Part shown: in pieces, positions 8,473-16,441 of the stretch
Position numbering within the stretch: position 1 is the first letter of the stretch
How the letters are laid out: every line of letters starts with the position of its first letter
Source: DHVE2 group archaeon
GTDB lineage: Archaea > Thermoplasmatota > Thermoplasmata > Thermoplasmatales > Aciduliprofundaceae
Direction: 5' to 3'
Length of the DNA: 37,021 nucleotides
NCBI GenBank assembly: GCA_015522955.1
Contig: WALG01000111.1
Location: 1-37,021 of the forward strand
Position numbers and translations under genes: made by a program
The notes under the pieces: model-generated
What the model was told of the DNA's origin: nothing
What the model saw: the letters and a program-made list of their open reading frames with translations, nothing else
Databases searched by the model: none

Positions 8473-9065
8473 ACAAATATCGTAAAAATGTGGATTCGTT
8501 GCTTAACTCTCTTGCAAAACCATTTTTAAAGATGAGCCCCAATGCCATAACACTAATCTCCCTCCTTCTTGCATTTCTCGCGGGACTCTCGTATTATCTC
8601 ACCCATATTAGCGTTTACTGGTTGATAGGAGCCTTTATTTTTACATTTCTTGCGGCGTTATTCGATGCTTTAGACGGCAAGGTTGCGAGACTTCGAGGAA
8701 TTTCATCCAGAAAAGGTGATTTTTTGGATCATCTTGTGGATAGATATGCAGACACATTCATAATAATCGGAATTTCTCTAAGTCCGTACTCAAACCCGCT
8801 CATAGGCATATTTGCCCTCAGCGGTGTGTATTTGACAAGTTACATAGGCACTCAGGCCCAGGCTGTGGGTGTTGGGAGGCTATATGGAGGACTTCTTGGA
8901 AGGGCAGATAGGATGGTTATTCTTCTCGTTCTCCCCATACCGCAACTCTTCTGGTGGGGCTTCTATTTCTCTGCAAGTTCCTGGGTTCTCATAGCATTTG
9001 CCGTTCTGGGTCATATCACTGCCCTTCAGAGGATTTTGAGTGCTTGGAAAAATATTCCTTCCTGA
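8463..9065 (+). CDS. CDP-alcohol phosphatidyltransferase family membrane protein (archaetidyl-inositol-phosphate synthase-like; head group not determinable)
   Basis: 200-aa polytopic ORF. The complete motif D-x2-D-G-x2-A-R-x8-G-x3-D-x3-D is seen as 'DALDGKVARLRGISSRKGDFLDHLVD'. The ATG overlaps the upstream stop by 10 nt. Confidence 0.85.
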   Translation: MVLNKYRKNVDSLLNSLAKPFLKMSPNAITLISLLLAFLAGLSYYLTHISVYWLIGAFIFTFLAALFDALDGKVARLRGISSRKGDFLDHLVDRYADTFIIIGISLSPYSNPLIGIFALSGVYLTSYIGTQAQAVGVGRLYGGLLGRADRMVILLVLPIPQLFWWGFYFSASSWVLIAFAVLGHITALQRILSAWKNIPS

Positions 9066-10098
9066 GTTTGTAGTAAAGTAGAGGATGGCTCATCCATTCC
9101 TTCATACATAGTTTATCCTTGGCAATATCACGAACACATAACCCATAGGCCCGCAAGGTCTCACATTTGGGTACCGAGTACTCTTTACCCGATATTTTTC
9201 CTGTTATGTGGGCAATCTGGTATTTTGTCATATCCTCCCTGAAATCCGGTACTGTGGAGAATATTTTAAGTATTTCATCATTTTTTAGTCCTATTTTATG
9301 CAAAAATGTCACCAGATAGAATCTTGCTTGATGTGGCAGGTTCATTCCCTCCTTCAACTGATTCAAAATACTCTGGATACATGGGGGGAATGCCCTTGGT
9401 TCTACAGAACCCAGAGTTGCAGGGGAATATGAGGCTATGAACTCATTCTTTATCTCCCTGACTTTTTTTATCTCCTCCTCAAAATACTTCTTTAGCAAGG
9501 AAGCATCATTTTTTCTATCTTCAATCTCTCTTACGAATTTCTGAACAAAAGCCTCTCTTATGAGTTTTATAAAGATTTCTCTGCTTACGGGAATCCATCC
9601 CTGCAGCAGTGGCTGGTTTAAAAGTCTGAAATTCTCACCACTCAATCTAGATGCATATCTAACAAAATCTGTGAAATGAGTTAGTCGAAAAACCAGATAA
9701 TTGCGATGCTGGAGATGCATTTCACTAATTTCTTTTGAAGGTTTTTTAAATTTTATTCTGAATGCATTTGCTACAATCTCTACAATCTCATCGTTCTCTC
9801 CAAGGAGATGCTCCTCTATTTTATCCCGCATGCGATTTGCAAATCTCTGTGTTATTATGGGATCCTGAAGAGCGATGAGAAATAATTTTGCCACATGATA
9901 GGCCAGGAGTTTGGTGAATGGCTCAGTAACATACATTGTATCTTCTTCTTTAAATGCATTGAAAACCATAGATAATCCCAACGTTTTTGCCTCCCCGTAC
10001 TGCGAGGAGTTTAGAAGTTCCTCTATTGATATATTACCAACATATTCTCTGATTTCTGGTAGAAAAGGATATCTTGCAAGCATGGAAATATCGGGCAT
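9016..10098 (-). CDS. priL: DNA primase large subunit PriL
   Basis: 360 aa from ATG 10098 ('MPDISMLARYPFLPEIREY'). It has a helical N-terminal domain and a C-terminal Fe-S domain with four Cys ('FPPCIQ', 'VPKCETLRAYGLC', 'DKLC') and 'HPLLYY'. The 16 extra codons of track ORF 9016..10146 run through the tRNA-His gene and are rejected. Confidence 0.85.
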   Translation of the reverse strand: MPDISMLARYPFLPEIREYVGNISIEELLNSSQYGEAKTLGLSMVFNAFKEEDTMYVTEPFTKLLAYHVAKLFLIALQDPIITQRFANRMRDKIEEHLLGENDEIVEIVANAFRIKFKKPSKEISEMHLQHRNYLVFRLTHFTDFVRYASRLSGENFRLLNQPLLQGWIPVSREIFIKLIREAFVQKFVREIEDRKNDASLLKKYFEEEIKKVREIKNEFIASYSPATLGSVEPRAFPPCIQSILNQLKEGMNLPHQARFYLVTFLHKIGLKNDEILKIFSTVPDFREDMTKYQIAHITGKISGKEYSVPKCETLRAYGLCVRDIAKDKLCMKEWMSHPLLYYKLRKEYFSKHSKSSEGQ

Positions 10099-10103
10099 CT
10101 CAG

Positions 10104-10232
10104 GGCCGGGGCCGGGATTTGAACCCGGGTCAAGGGATTGCCGCAACCCCCCTTTCTTTCCGGCTAAAGCCGCTTCCTTTAGAAAGGGGCTTCTCCACAG
10201 TCCCCTAGGATAGCCCCTACCCTACCCCGGCC
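10104..10232 (-). tRNA. tRNA-His (anticodon GUG) with encoded G-1 and a 56-nt intron at the canonical 37/38 position
   Basis: Reverse complement folds as follows. G-1, acceptor GCCGGGG/CCCCGGC with C73. U8 A9. D arm GGGU-AGGGGCUA-UCCU. Anticodon stem GGGGA/UCCCU with loop CUGUGG[intron]A. Variable UGAC. T arm CCGGG-UUCAAAU-CCCGG. Exons are 10195..10232 and 10104..10138, intron 10139..10194. The G-1:C73 pair is the His identity element. No CCA is encoded. Confidence 0.8.
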
Positions 10233-10326
10233 ATGCGTATGTAAGAAGTGAAAGGATACGTAATACATAAATTTTTTTAGATTTTCCGCCCTAAAATATT
10301 TTTACCATGCTGCCATTTCATCCGTT

Positions 10327-11754
10327 ATGGTCAAGGTTACAGATACTACGCTGCGTGATGGACATCAAAGTTTATTTGCAACGAGGATGCGCACTAAGGA
10401 TATGGTTCCCATAGCGGAGGCAATGGATGAGATGGGATTTTTCTCTCTTGAAGTATGGGGAGGTGCAACATTCGACTCTGCCATGCGCTTTCTTAATGAG
10501 AATCCGTGGGATAGGCCAAGAACTTTGAAAAAATATATAAAAAATACACCCCTGCAAATGCTTCTACGGGGACAGAATCTTGTTGGCTATAGACACTATC
10601 CCGATGACGTTGTGGAAAAATTTGTTTTCAAGGCTGTGGAAGCAGGTATTGATATATTTCGTATATTTGATGCTCTTAACGATATAAGAAATATGCAAAC
10701 TGCAATAAAGGCTGTTAAAAAAGCCGGGGCGCATGCCCAGGGTGCTGTGGTTTATACAATAAGTCCCATTCACACGCTGGAGAGTTTTGTGAGCATGGCA
10801 AAGAAACTGGAGAAATTGGGTGTGGATTCCATATGCATCAAGGACATGGCCGGACTGATGAGTCCGACAGTTGCGTATAAACTTGTAAAGATGATGAAAA
10901 AGGAAGTAAGTGTGCCTATTGACTTGCACACCCACAGCACAGTAGGCTGGGCACCTGTTACCTATATGAAGGCAGTTGAGGCTGGGGTGGATATAATAGA
11001 CACTGCCATGTCTCCTTTCGGGTTTGGAACCTCACAGCCTGCAACGGAGAGTATGGTGGCAGTGTTCAAAGGCACACCCTATGATACTGGGATGGATCTT
11101 AAAAAACTGGAGAAAATAGCAAAATATTTCAGGAATGTGGAGAAAAAACTGAGAAAGTATACAAGAATGGAGATGCGCATTGCGGATACACGGGTTTTAA
11201 TATATCAAGTTCCCGGAGGAATGCTTTCAAATCTCTATAATCAGTTGAAAGAGATGAATGCGGAGGATAAGATTGAAGAAGTGCTTGCGGAGGTCCCGCG
11301 GGTCCGGGAGGAAGTGGGCTATCCACCACTTGTAACACCTTTAAGCCAGATAGTGGGTACCCAGGCTGTTATGAACGTTATCTCTGGTGAGAGATGGAAG
11401 ATGGTTACAAAGGAGATGAAAAACTATATCAAGGGACTCTATGGCAAGCCTCCTGGAGAGATAAAGGAAGAAATAAGAAAGAAAGTTCTGAGTGATGAAG
11501 AACCTATAACGGTGAGACCTGCAGACCTGCTTAAGCCTGAATTTGAGAAACTGAAGAAAGAGATTGGAAATCTGGCAGATGGTGAGGAAGATGTGCTTTC
11601 CTATGCCCTATTCCCCGATGTGGCCCGCAAGTTTCTAATGCGTAAAAAAGGATTGCTTAACGAAGTACCTTCACCTCCCACGGAAGGAAAGAAGTACAAG
11701 ATATGGATCAACGGAGAGGAGTATTTTGTGAATGTGGAAGAGGTGAGAAATTGA
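10327..11754 (+). CDS. Oxaloacetate decarboxylase alpha / pyruvate carboxylase B-type carboxyltransferase subunit, lacking a biotinyl domain
   Basis: 475-aa ORF with 'VTDTTLRDGHQSLFATRM' (HMGL-like TIM-barrel start) and 'PIDLHTHSTVG'. It shows family-wide resemblance to OadA/PycB/transcarboxylase 5S. It ends after 'YKIWINGEEYFVNVEEV' with no A-M-K-M biotin attachment motif. Confidence 0.85.
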   Translation: MVKVTDTTLRDGHQSLFATRMRTKDMVPIAEAMDEMGFFSLEVWGGATFDSAMRFLNENPWDRPRTLKKYIKNTPLQMLLRGQNLVGYRHYPDDVVEKFVFKAVEAGIDIFRIFDALNDIRNMQTAIKAVKKAGAHAQGAVVYTISPIHTLESFVSMAKKLEKLGVDSICIKDMAGLMSPTVAYKLVKMMKKEVSVPIDLHTHSTVGWAPVTYMKAVEAGVDIIDTAMSPFGFGTSQPATESMVAVFKGTPYDTGMDLKKLEKIAKYFRNVEKKLRKYTRMEMRIADTRVLIYQVPGGMLSNLYNQLKEMNAEDKIEEVLAEVPRVREEVGYPPLVTPLSQIVGTQAVMNVISGERWKMVTKEMKNYIKGLYGKPPGEIKEEIRKKVLSDEEPITVRPADLLKPEFEKLKKEIGNLADGEEDVLSYALFPDVARKFLMRKKGLLNEVPSPPTEGKKYKIWINGEEYFVNVEEVRN

Positions 11755-11762
11755 GGAGGTAC

Positions 11763-12443
11763 ATGTACTCTCCATTTCACTACGCTTTTCTCTTTTTTTA
11801 TACCACAATATTTTTCATATTCTCGATTTTCTATCTTATGGGCATACCCTTTGCCTTTGCCAGACTAGGTATCCCTCCATCTGTAGGATTTTTTCTATTC
11901 TGGTTCGCTCTACTTGGCAGTTTCGTGAACATACCTGTGTCACAATTGAGAAACAAAGTTCCCATGATAAGAGAGTCATACGTAGATTTTTGGGGTTTGC
12001 GATACAGGGTGCCAAGTGTAAAATATACCCACACTGTGCTGGCTGTAAATCTTGGTGGTGCCGTGGTTCCCGTACTTCTCTCACTCCTCATTTTTATCGC
12101 AGTGATGATCCATGGTGAATTTATACTTTTACTCAAAAGCGTAATAGGCATTACAATAGTTACACTCCTCGCATTTCTCTTTGCTAAACCAATAAAGGGG
12201 ATAGGCATAGCCATGCCTGCATTCATACCACCCATAGTTGCCGCCTTAATTGCCATATTTATTGCGCCCGAGGCTCCCGCAATAGTGGCCTATGTATCTG
12301 GAACATTGGGTACATTGATAGGTGCGGATTTACTGCATCTAAGGGATATAGAGAATCTGGGTGCACCTGTGGCAAGCATTGGAGGCGCAGGCACATTTGA
12401 TGGTATATTCTTATCAGGAATAATAGCAGTGCTTCTTGTATAA
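11763..12443 (+). CDS. Integral membrane protein, DUF1614-like (function unknown)
   Basis: 226 aa from ATG 11763, with GGAGGT 4 nt upstream and 8 nt after the carboxyltransferase stop. About 6 hydrophobic helices. 'NLGGAVVP' and 'GTLIGADLLHL' resemble what I recall of the archaeal DUF1614 family. The family call is from memory only. Confidence 0.6.
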   Translation: MYSPFHYAFLFFYTTIFFIFSIFYLMGIPFAFARLGIPPSVGFFLFWFALLGSFVNIPVSQLRNKVPMIRESYVDFWGLRYRVPSVKYTHTVLAVNLGGAVVPVLLSLLIFIAVMIHGEFILLLKSVIGITIVTLLAFLFAKPIKGIGIAMPAFIPPIVAALIAIFIAPEAPAIVAYVSGTLGTLIGADLLHLRDIENLGAPVASIGGAGTFDGIFLSGIIAVLLV

Positions 12444-12454
12444 AAAATAAAAAA

Positions 12455-13756
12455 TCAGAGGGTGGAGCGAGTAATATTTACATCGTTCACAAGCACATAG
12501 GGCAGATAAGAGGGTAGAACCTCATCCCACCATTTCACTTTCTCTCTCTCTTTGCTCACTTCTGCAATGCTGGAGAATAAATGCACCATGTTCTCAGTGA
12601 CTCTTATCCCTTTCCATGATTCTACAATTTCGCCATTTTTCACGTAGAATATTCCATCTCTAGGTATGGTTGAGAAATCACCGTTGCGATAATCTTGGAA
12701 CCTCGTGTACCAGAGATTCACAATGTAAAGTCCCTCTTCAATTTCGCTTAGCAGGTCCTCGTAACTTTTTGTTCCTGACTCCATAACAGGCTGCCAGGCA
12801 TGAGGTCTCACAATACCCGCATTTCCCGTGGTCTTCGCTTTGAATTTCTGTGCGGTAGAGTAGTTGTGAAGATAATTTTTCACAATGCCACTTTCCACTA
12901 TGGGAGTTTTTTGTGTTGCAGTAGCCTCTTCATCAAATATTCTGTAGCCGGTGGAGAAAAATGTGGGATCGTCATAGAGAGTAAATTTTTCAGAGAATGT
13001 TTTCTTTCCTATCTTTCCAGCAAAGAAACTCATGCCACTGTCCACCATGAACGCAGAGGCAAGCCACATGCTGTAAGAAACCAGAGAACCAAAGGCCAAG
13101 GGATGGAAGAGAACCTTAAATTTTCCTTCTCTGCCATCTCTAGGCTTGTCTCCTATGGACGCTATCACTCCTGCTTTCTCTCCAATCTCTCTTACATTTT
13201 CCAGTTCTTTTGAAATGGCGGTGGTTATAGCCTCCTGCCCCACATTTCTGTACTGATTGAACGCTCTGATTACCACATCTATATTGGCAACCTCATCCCT
13301 CGCATAATTGTAATTTGTGGCAATCTCCCGTTTAACATGGTCACGGTATACCACACCTGCTGCACGGAGCGCACCCTTATCGATGGCTCCATCAATAACC
13401 TCACTTGCTAGGTTCTCAAGGTCAAGTTCCAAGATATCTCTATCAATTCTACTCTTGCTATAACCCTGCTTCTCAGGATTTATGCCGTAAAAATCCTCAT
13501 TGGGTGGCAGATTTGGAAGAAGTTTTATATATTTCTCAATTTGAGATTCCGCATTGTTGAGATCTTTGATAGTTGTAAGAAACACATGCTTTCCCTTAGA
13601 AAGGAAAACATCAATCTGGCTCTCCAGCCATGCCTTGGAGATGTCAATATCATTATTTGAGAACCTGACCTGTCGTTTGTTTCTCTCCACAAGCATGAGG
13701 GCAGCCTCATCGACGCCCATTTTCAATACTTTGTTCAGCAATTTTTCAAGATCCAT
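12455..13756 (-). CDS. pmbA: PmbA/TldE-type (peptidase U62) non-catalytic partner of TldD
   Basis: 433 aa from ATG 13756, with a GAGGTG SD and 5 nt after the tldD stop. It shows TldD/PmbA family-wide similarity ('GDFSTIPRDGIFYVKNGEI') and has no HExxxH. An oligo-T run on the minus strand directly follows the stop. Confidence 0.85.
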   Translation of the reverse strand: MDLEKLLNKVLKMGVDEAALMLVERNKRQVRFSNNDIDISKAWLESQIDVFLSKGKHVFLTTIKDLNNAESQIEKYIKLLPNLPPNEDFYGINPEKQGYSKSRIDRDILELDLENLASEVIDGAIDKGALRAAGVVYRDHVKREIATNYNYARDEVANIDVVIRAFNQYRNVGQEAITTAISKELENVREIGEKAGVIASIGDKPRDGREGKFKVLFHPLAFGSLVSYSMWLASAFMVDSGMSFFAGKIGKKTFSEKFTLYDDPTFFSTGYRIFDEEATATQKTPIVESGIVKNYLHNYSTAQKFKAKTTGNAGIVRPHAWQPVMESGTKSYEDLLSEIEEGLYIVNLWYTRFQDYRNGDFSTIPRDGIFYVKNGEIVESWKGIRVTENMVHLFSSIAEVSKEREKVKWWDEVLPSYLPYVLVNDVNITRSTL

Positions 13757-13761
13757 AAAAA

Positions 13762-15126
13762 TCACCTCAGTTTCACATTTCGCAGTCGAAGATGCGGTCC
13801 ACCCATCCATACATCCACACCCTGCATTGGGTCACCCTTTCCACAGGTGCCTGCAAAGAATTCAAGGTCTTTGGCAACCGCATCCACGCTGCTATAGAAC
13901 CCTGGAGTAGTTATCTCCAGCACGGGTCTTCTCACAGGCTCTGCAATCTCTCCATTCTTGATTAGATATGCCTCTCTGCCTACGTATTTCTGATTATAGC
14001 GAATATCATCAATGTTCCACTCCGTGAAACTCTTCATATAAATCCCATTTTTAACGTCCTCGAATAGTTCCTCCTCAGTATAGTCTCCAGGTTCGAAGAA
14101 TGTAGTGCTCATCCTCACTATTGGCTCGCGGTTCCACCAAGAGGAGCGGGCAGCACCATTGCTTCTCAGTTTCATTTTACCTGCACTTTCTCTGTTTTGC
14201 AGGAACTCGTTAATCTTCCCCTCTTTGTAAAGGTATCTCCTTCTTGCAGGCACACCTTCCTCATCATATTTATAGTATCCAAAACTGTTTGGCACTGTGG
14301 GGTCATCCACAACGTTAACCACGGGACTTCCAATTTTCTCTCCTATCTTCTCAGGGGTTATAAAACTCTCTCCCGCCTGGGCCGCTTCTCTACCCAGAAT
14401 TCTGTCTGCCTCACTTGGATGTCCGCACGACTCGTGAGCAACTATGCCCGCAACCTCAGGACCTACGATTAGATCAAAGATACCTTCGGGAGATTTTTTA
14501 GCCTTTACCACAGAGCGTAGATTTTTTTCTTCTTGAGGAAGAATCTCAAACATATCCCACATATCAAATACCTCATAGCCTCCGGTTATTCCATACTGTC
14601 TGTATCCCTGCTCAAAACTTCCATTTTCCATCACACCCATCATGTAAAAGTACTCTACTCTGGGAATCCTTGCTTTTATATGCGTACCTTCAGAGTTCAT
14701 ATACTCCTTCTCTATAATTTTATCTCTTATGGATTGCATCTTCATCTGTGCACTCAATTTTTTTTCAATATCAAGTAGCAACTGGGTTCTCTCTTCAAGA
14801 CTTATATCTTCAATTTTTTTCTTCTCCTCAACACTCCAGAAATCTTCGTAACTCTTTTCTTCGGAGAAAGAAATACTATTCTTTCTCACCTTAGAGAGTT
14901 TGAGTGCGATTCTCGCAGCATCTTTGAGTTTATCCACATCGTTTGTGGCTGCAAATCCTATTCCCTCATTTACCACTCTCACGGCAAACCCGTGCTCCTC
15001 AGAGGAGGTAATCCCATTAACAACCCCATTTTTCACCACGACCTCGTTGCTTTTTATTTTCATAAATCTTATCTCGGCAAATTTTGCCTCTATCTTATCC
15101 AGAACATTTTTCATAATATCCTCCAT
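13762..15126 (-). CDS. tldD: TldD metallopeptidase (peptidase U62)
   Basis: 454-aa ORF with the HExxxH metal site 'AHESCGHPSEADR', 'FFAGTCGKGDPMQ' and 'YLIKNGEI'. Its SD GGTGA overlaps the stop of the upstream CBS gene. Confidence 0.9.
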   Translation of the reverse strand: MEDIMKNVLDKIEAKFAEIRFMKIKSNEVVVKNGVVNGITSSEEHGFAVRVVNEGIGFAATNDVDKLKDAARIALKLSKVRKNSISFSEEKSYEDFWSVEEKKKIEDISLEERTQLLLDIEKKLSAQMKMQSIRDKIIEKEYMNSEGTHIKARIPRVEYFYMMGVMENGSFEQGYRQYGITGGYEVFDMWDMFEILPQEEKNLRSVVKAKKSPEGIFDLIVGPEVAGIVAHESCGHPSEADRILGREAAQAGESFITPEKIGEKIGSPVVNVVDDPTVPNSFGYYKYDEEGVPARRRYLYKEGKINEFLQNRESAGKMKLRSNGAARSSWWNREPIVRMSTTFFEPGDYTEEELFEDVKNGIYMKSFTEWNIDDIRYNQKYVGREAYLIKNGEIAEPVRRPVLEITTPGFYSSVDAVAKDLEFFAGTCGKGDPMQGVDVWMGGPHLRLRNVKLR

Positions 15127-15135
15127 AACATCACC

Positions 15136-16278
15136 TCAGAGCACCTCTCTCCTAAATTCAAGCAGTTTTTCATGCTCTTTCTTCACATTCTTCTCGAGAA
15201 TATCCAGGACCTCGCGAAATGCACGATACAGGTTCCAGTCATAGGATTTTGCAAAAAACATCTTTTTATCAGTGGTTAATCTTGCTCTTACACTGTACTT
15301 TGTCTCTTTACCGCTTATGTGGTGTACCTCCACATGGAATGTGAGCAGTCTGGGTCTGAATTCTCTGAACCTGTTAATCTTATTTAGATACTCCTCCGCC
15401 ATCTCGTAGATTGTGAGATAAGGCTCCGAATCTTCTATCTCCAATCCTGTTATCTGAACAAGCACTCCCTCCTGCTTGCTCTCTTTGAGCACTGCCTCAA
15501 TCACATCTTTCTGAGATATTATTCCAATGGGTTGTATATTTTTGTCCACAACTACGCAGATGTGAGAATGAAATTCAATCATCTTCTCTACAGCATCTTT
15601 GAGATATGAGTTCTCATCAACATATATGGGTGGAGCCATGATGTCTTTAACAAGAGTTACACTTTTCTCTTTCTCACCCACAACCTCGCCCATGCTGGGC
15701 CTGTTTTTCTCTTTCCAAAGTATATCGGCTATATCCTTCATATGTATAGTACCACTCAGTTTTCTGTGCTCGTCCACCACGGGGACGCTCATCTCACCAA
15801 GTCTTCGCATTACATCCACTGCATATTCTACAGGAGAATCCTCTTCTACAACAACAGGGTCACTGCTCATAACCTCAACTACAGGTATATTGGCCACGCC
15901 TTTCATCTTTGGAATCATTCTTATTATATCTGTGCGAGAGACTATGCCCACAACTTTGTCCTTCTCCACCACGGGCAAAGAGCGATATCCAGTCTCGAGG
16001 AGAAGTTTAACAGTATCTCCAAGTGTGCTATCTCTGCTCAATATTGGAGGCTTGACCATAATAGTCTCAACTCGGGCCGAGAGGGGTAGGTTCTTCCTCC
16101 GTATCAGCGTTCGGTAATTCACAAGCCCTACAAGTTCATTCTTCTCATTCACCACTGGAAGTTCATGGAACCCATACTCTTTGAGTTTGCTGATAATCCT
16201 AGAGATGGGCTCACCGATCCTTGCAGATACAACATCTCTGGTCATAACCTCTTCCACTTTTATTGTTTCTGGACACAT
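15136..16278 (-). CDS. Four-CBS-domain protein with a C-terminal HPF/RaiA (ribosomal S30AE)-like module
   Basis: 380-aa ORF. The four CBS repeats contain 'VMTRDVV..ELPVV..LVGLV', 'IMVKPP..SLPVV..VVGIVSRTDI', 'VMSSDPV..VPVVD..LSGTIHMKDI' and 'IMAPPIY..ICVVVD..PIGIISQKDV'. The C-terminal aa 271-372 resemble HPF/YfiA ('VQITGLEI', 'FHVEVH', 'YRAFREVLDILEKNVKKEHEK'). A GAGGTGA SD lies 6 nt before the ATG. Confidence 0.8.
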   Translation of the reverse strand: MCPETIKVEEVMTRDVVSARIGEPISRIISKLKEYGFHELPVVNEKNELVGLVNYRTLIRRKNLPLSARVETIMVKPPILSRDSTLGDTVKLLLETGYRSLPVVEKDKVVGIVSRTDIIRMIPKMKGVANIPVVEVMSSDPVVVEEDSPVEYAVDVMRRLGEMSVPVVDEHRKLSGTIHMKDIADILWKEKNRPSMGEVVGEKEKSVTLVKDIMAPPIYVDENSYLKDAVEKMIEFHSHICVVVDKNIQPIGIISQKDVIEAVLKESKQEGVLVQITGLEIEDSEPYLTIYEMAEEYLNKINRFREFRPRLLTFHVEVHHISGKETKYSVRARLTTDKKMFFAKSYDWNLYRAFREVLDILEKNVKKEHEKLLEFRREVL

Positions 16279-16441
16279 TACAAATCACCTCTTGCGGGAT
16301 CAGAAATCCCTTCTCATATACCCTATGAATTTGTGGAAAATAAAACTTTCTCTCTCTGTACTGTATAAGATATTACTCATCCTAGGTTGGATACTGAAAA
16401 CGTAAATCGCAGATTAAGATTCGAAATTCGAACAATTAAGG

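Noticed and set aside
9911-10213. Track ORFs running through 10104..10232. These are the first 16 codons of ORF 9016..10146 (-) and the 100-aa ORF 9911..10213 (+).
   Set aside because: The region folds into a complete tRNA-His with intron. The GC-rich tRNA sequence merely lacks stops. PriL homology starts at 'MPDISMLARYPF' (ATG 10098).

The plus-strand ORF is antisense to priL and to the tRNA, and its peptide is low-complexity and implausible.
15599-16117. Long antisense or shadow ORFs. These include 15599..16117 (172 aa), 15742..16089, 12800..13213, 13554..13910, 11831..12256, 34830..35246, 2775..3155, 1360..1746, 18090..18449, 29020..29367 and many 60-120-aa ORFs.
   Set aside because: Each lies entirely inside and opposite (or out of frame with) a gene with clear family motifs. 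They have skewed S/T/L/R-rich or Cys/His-rich composition and no SD or promoter context. This is typical of shadow ORFs.
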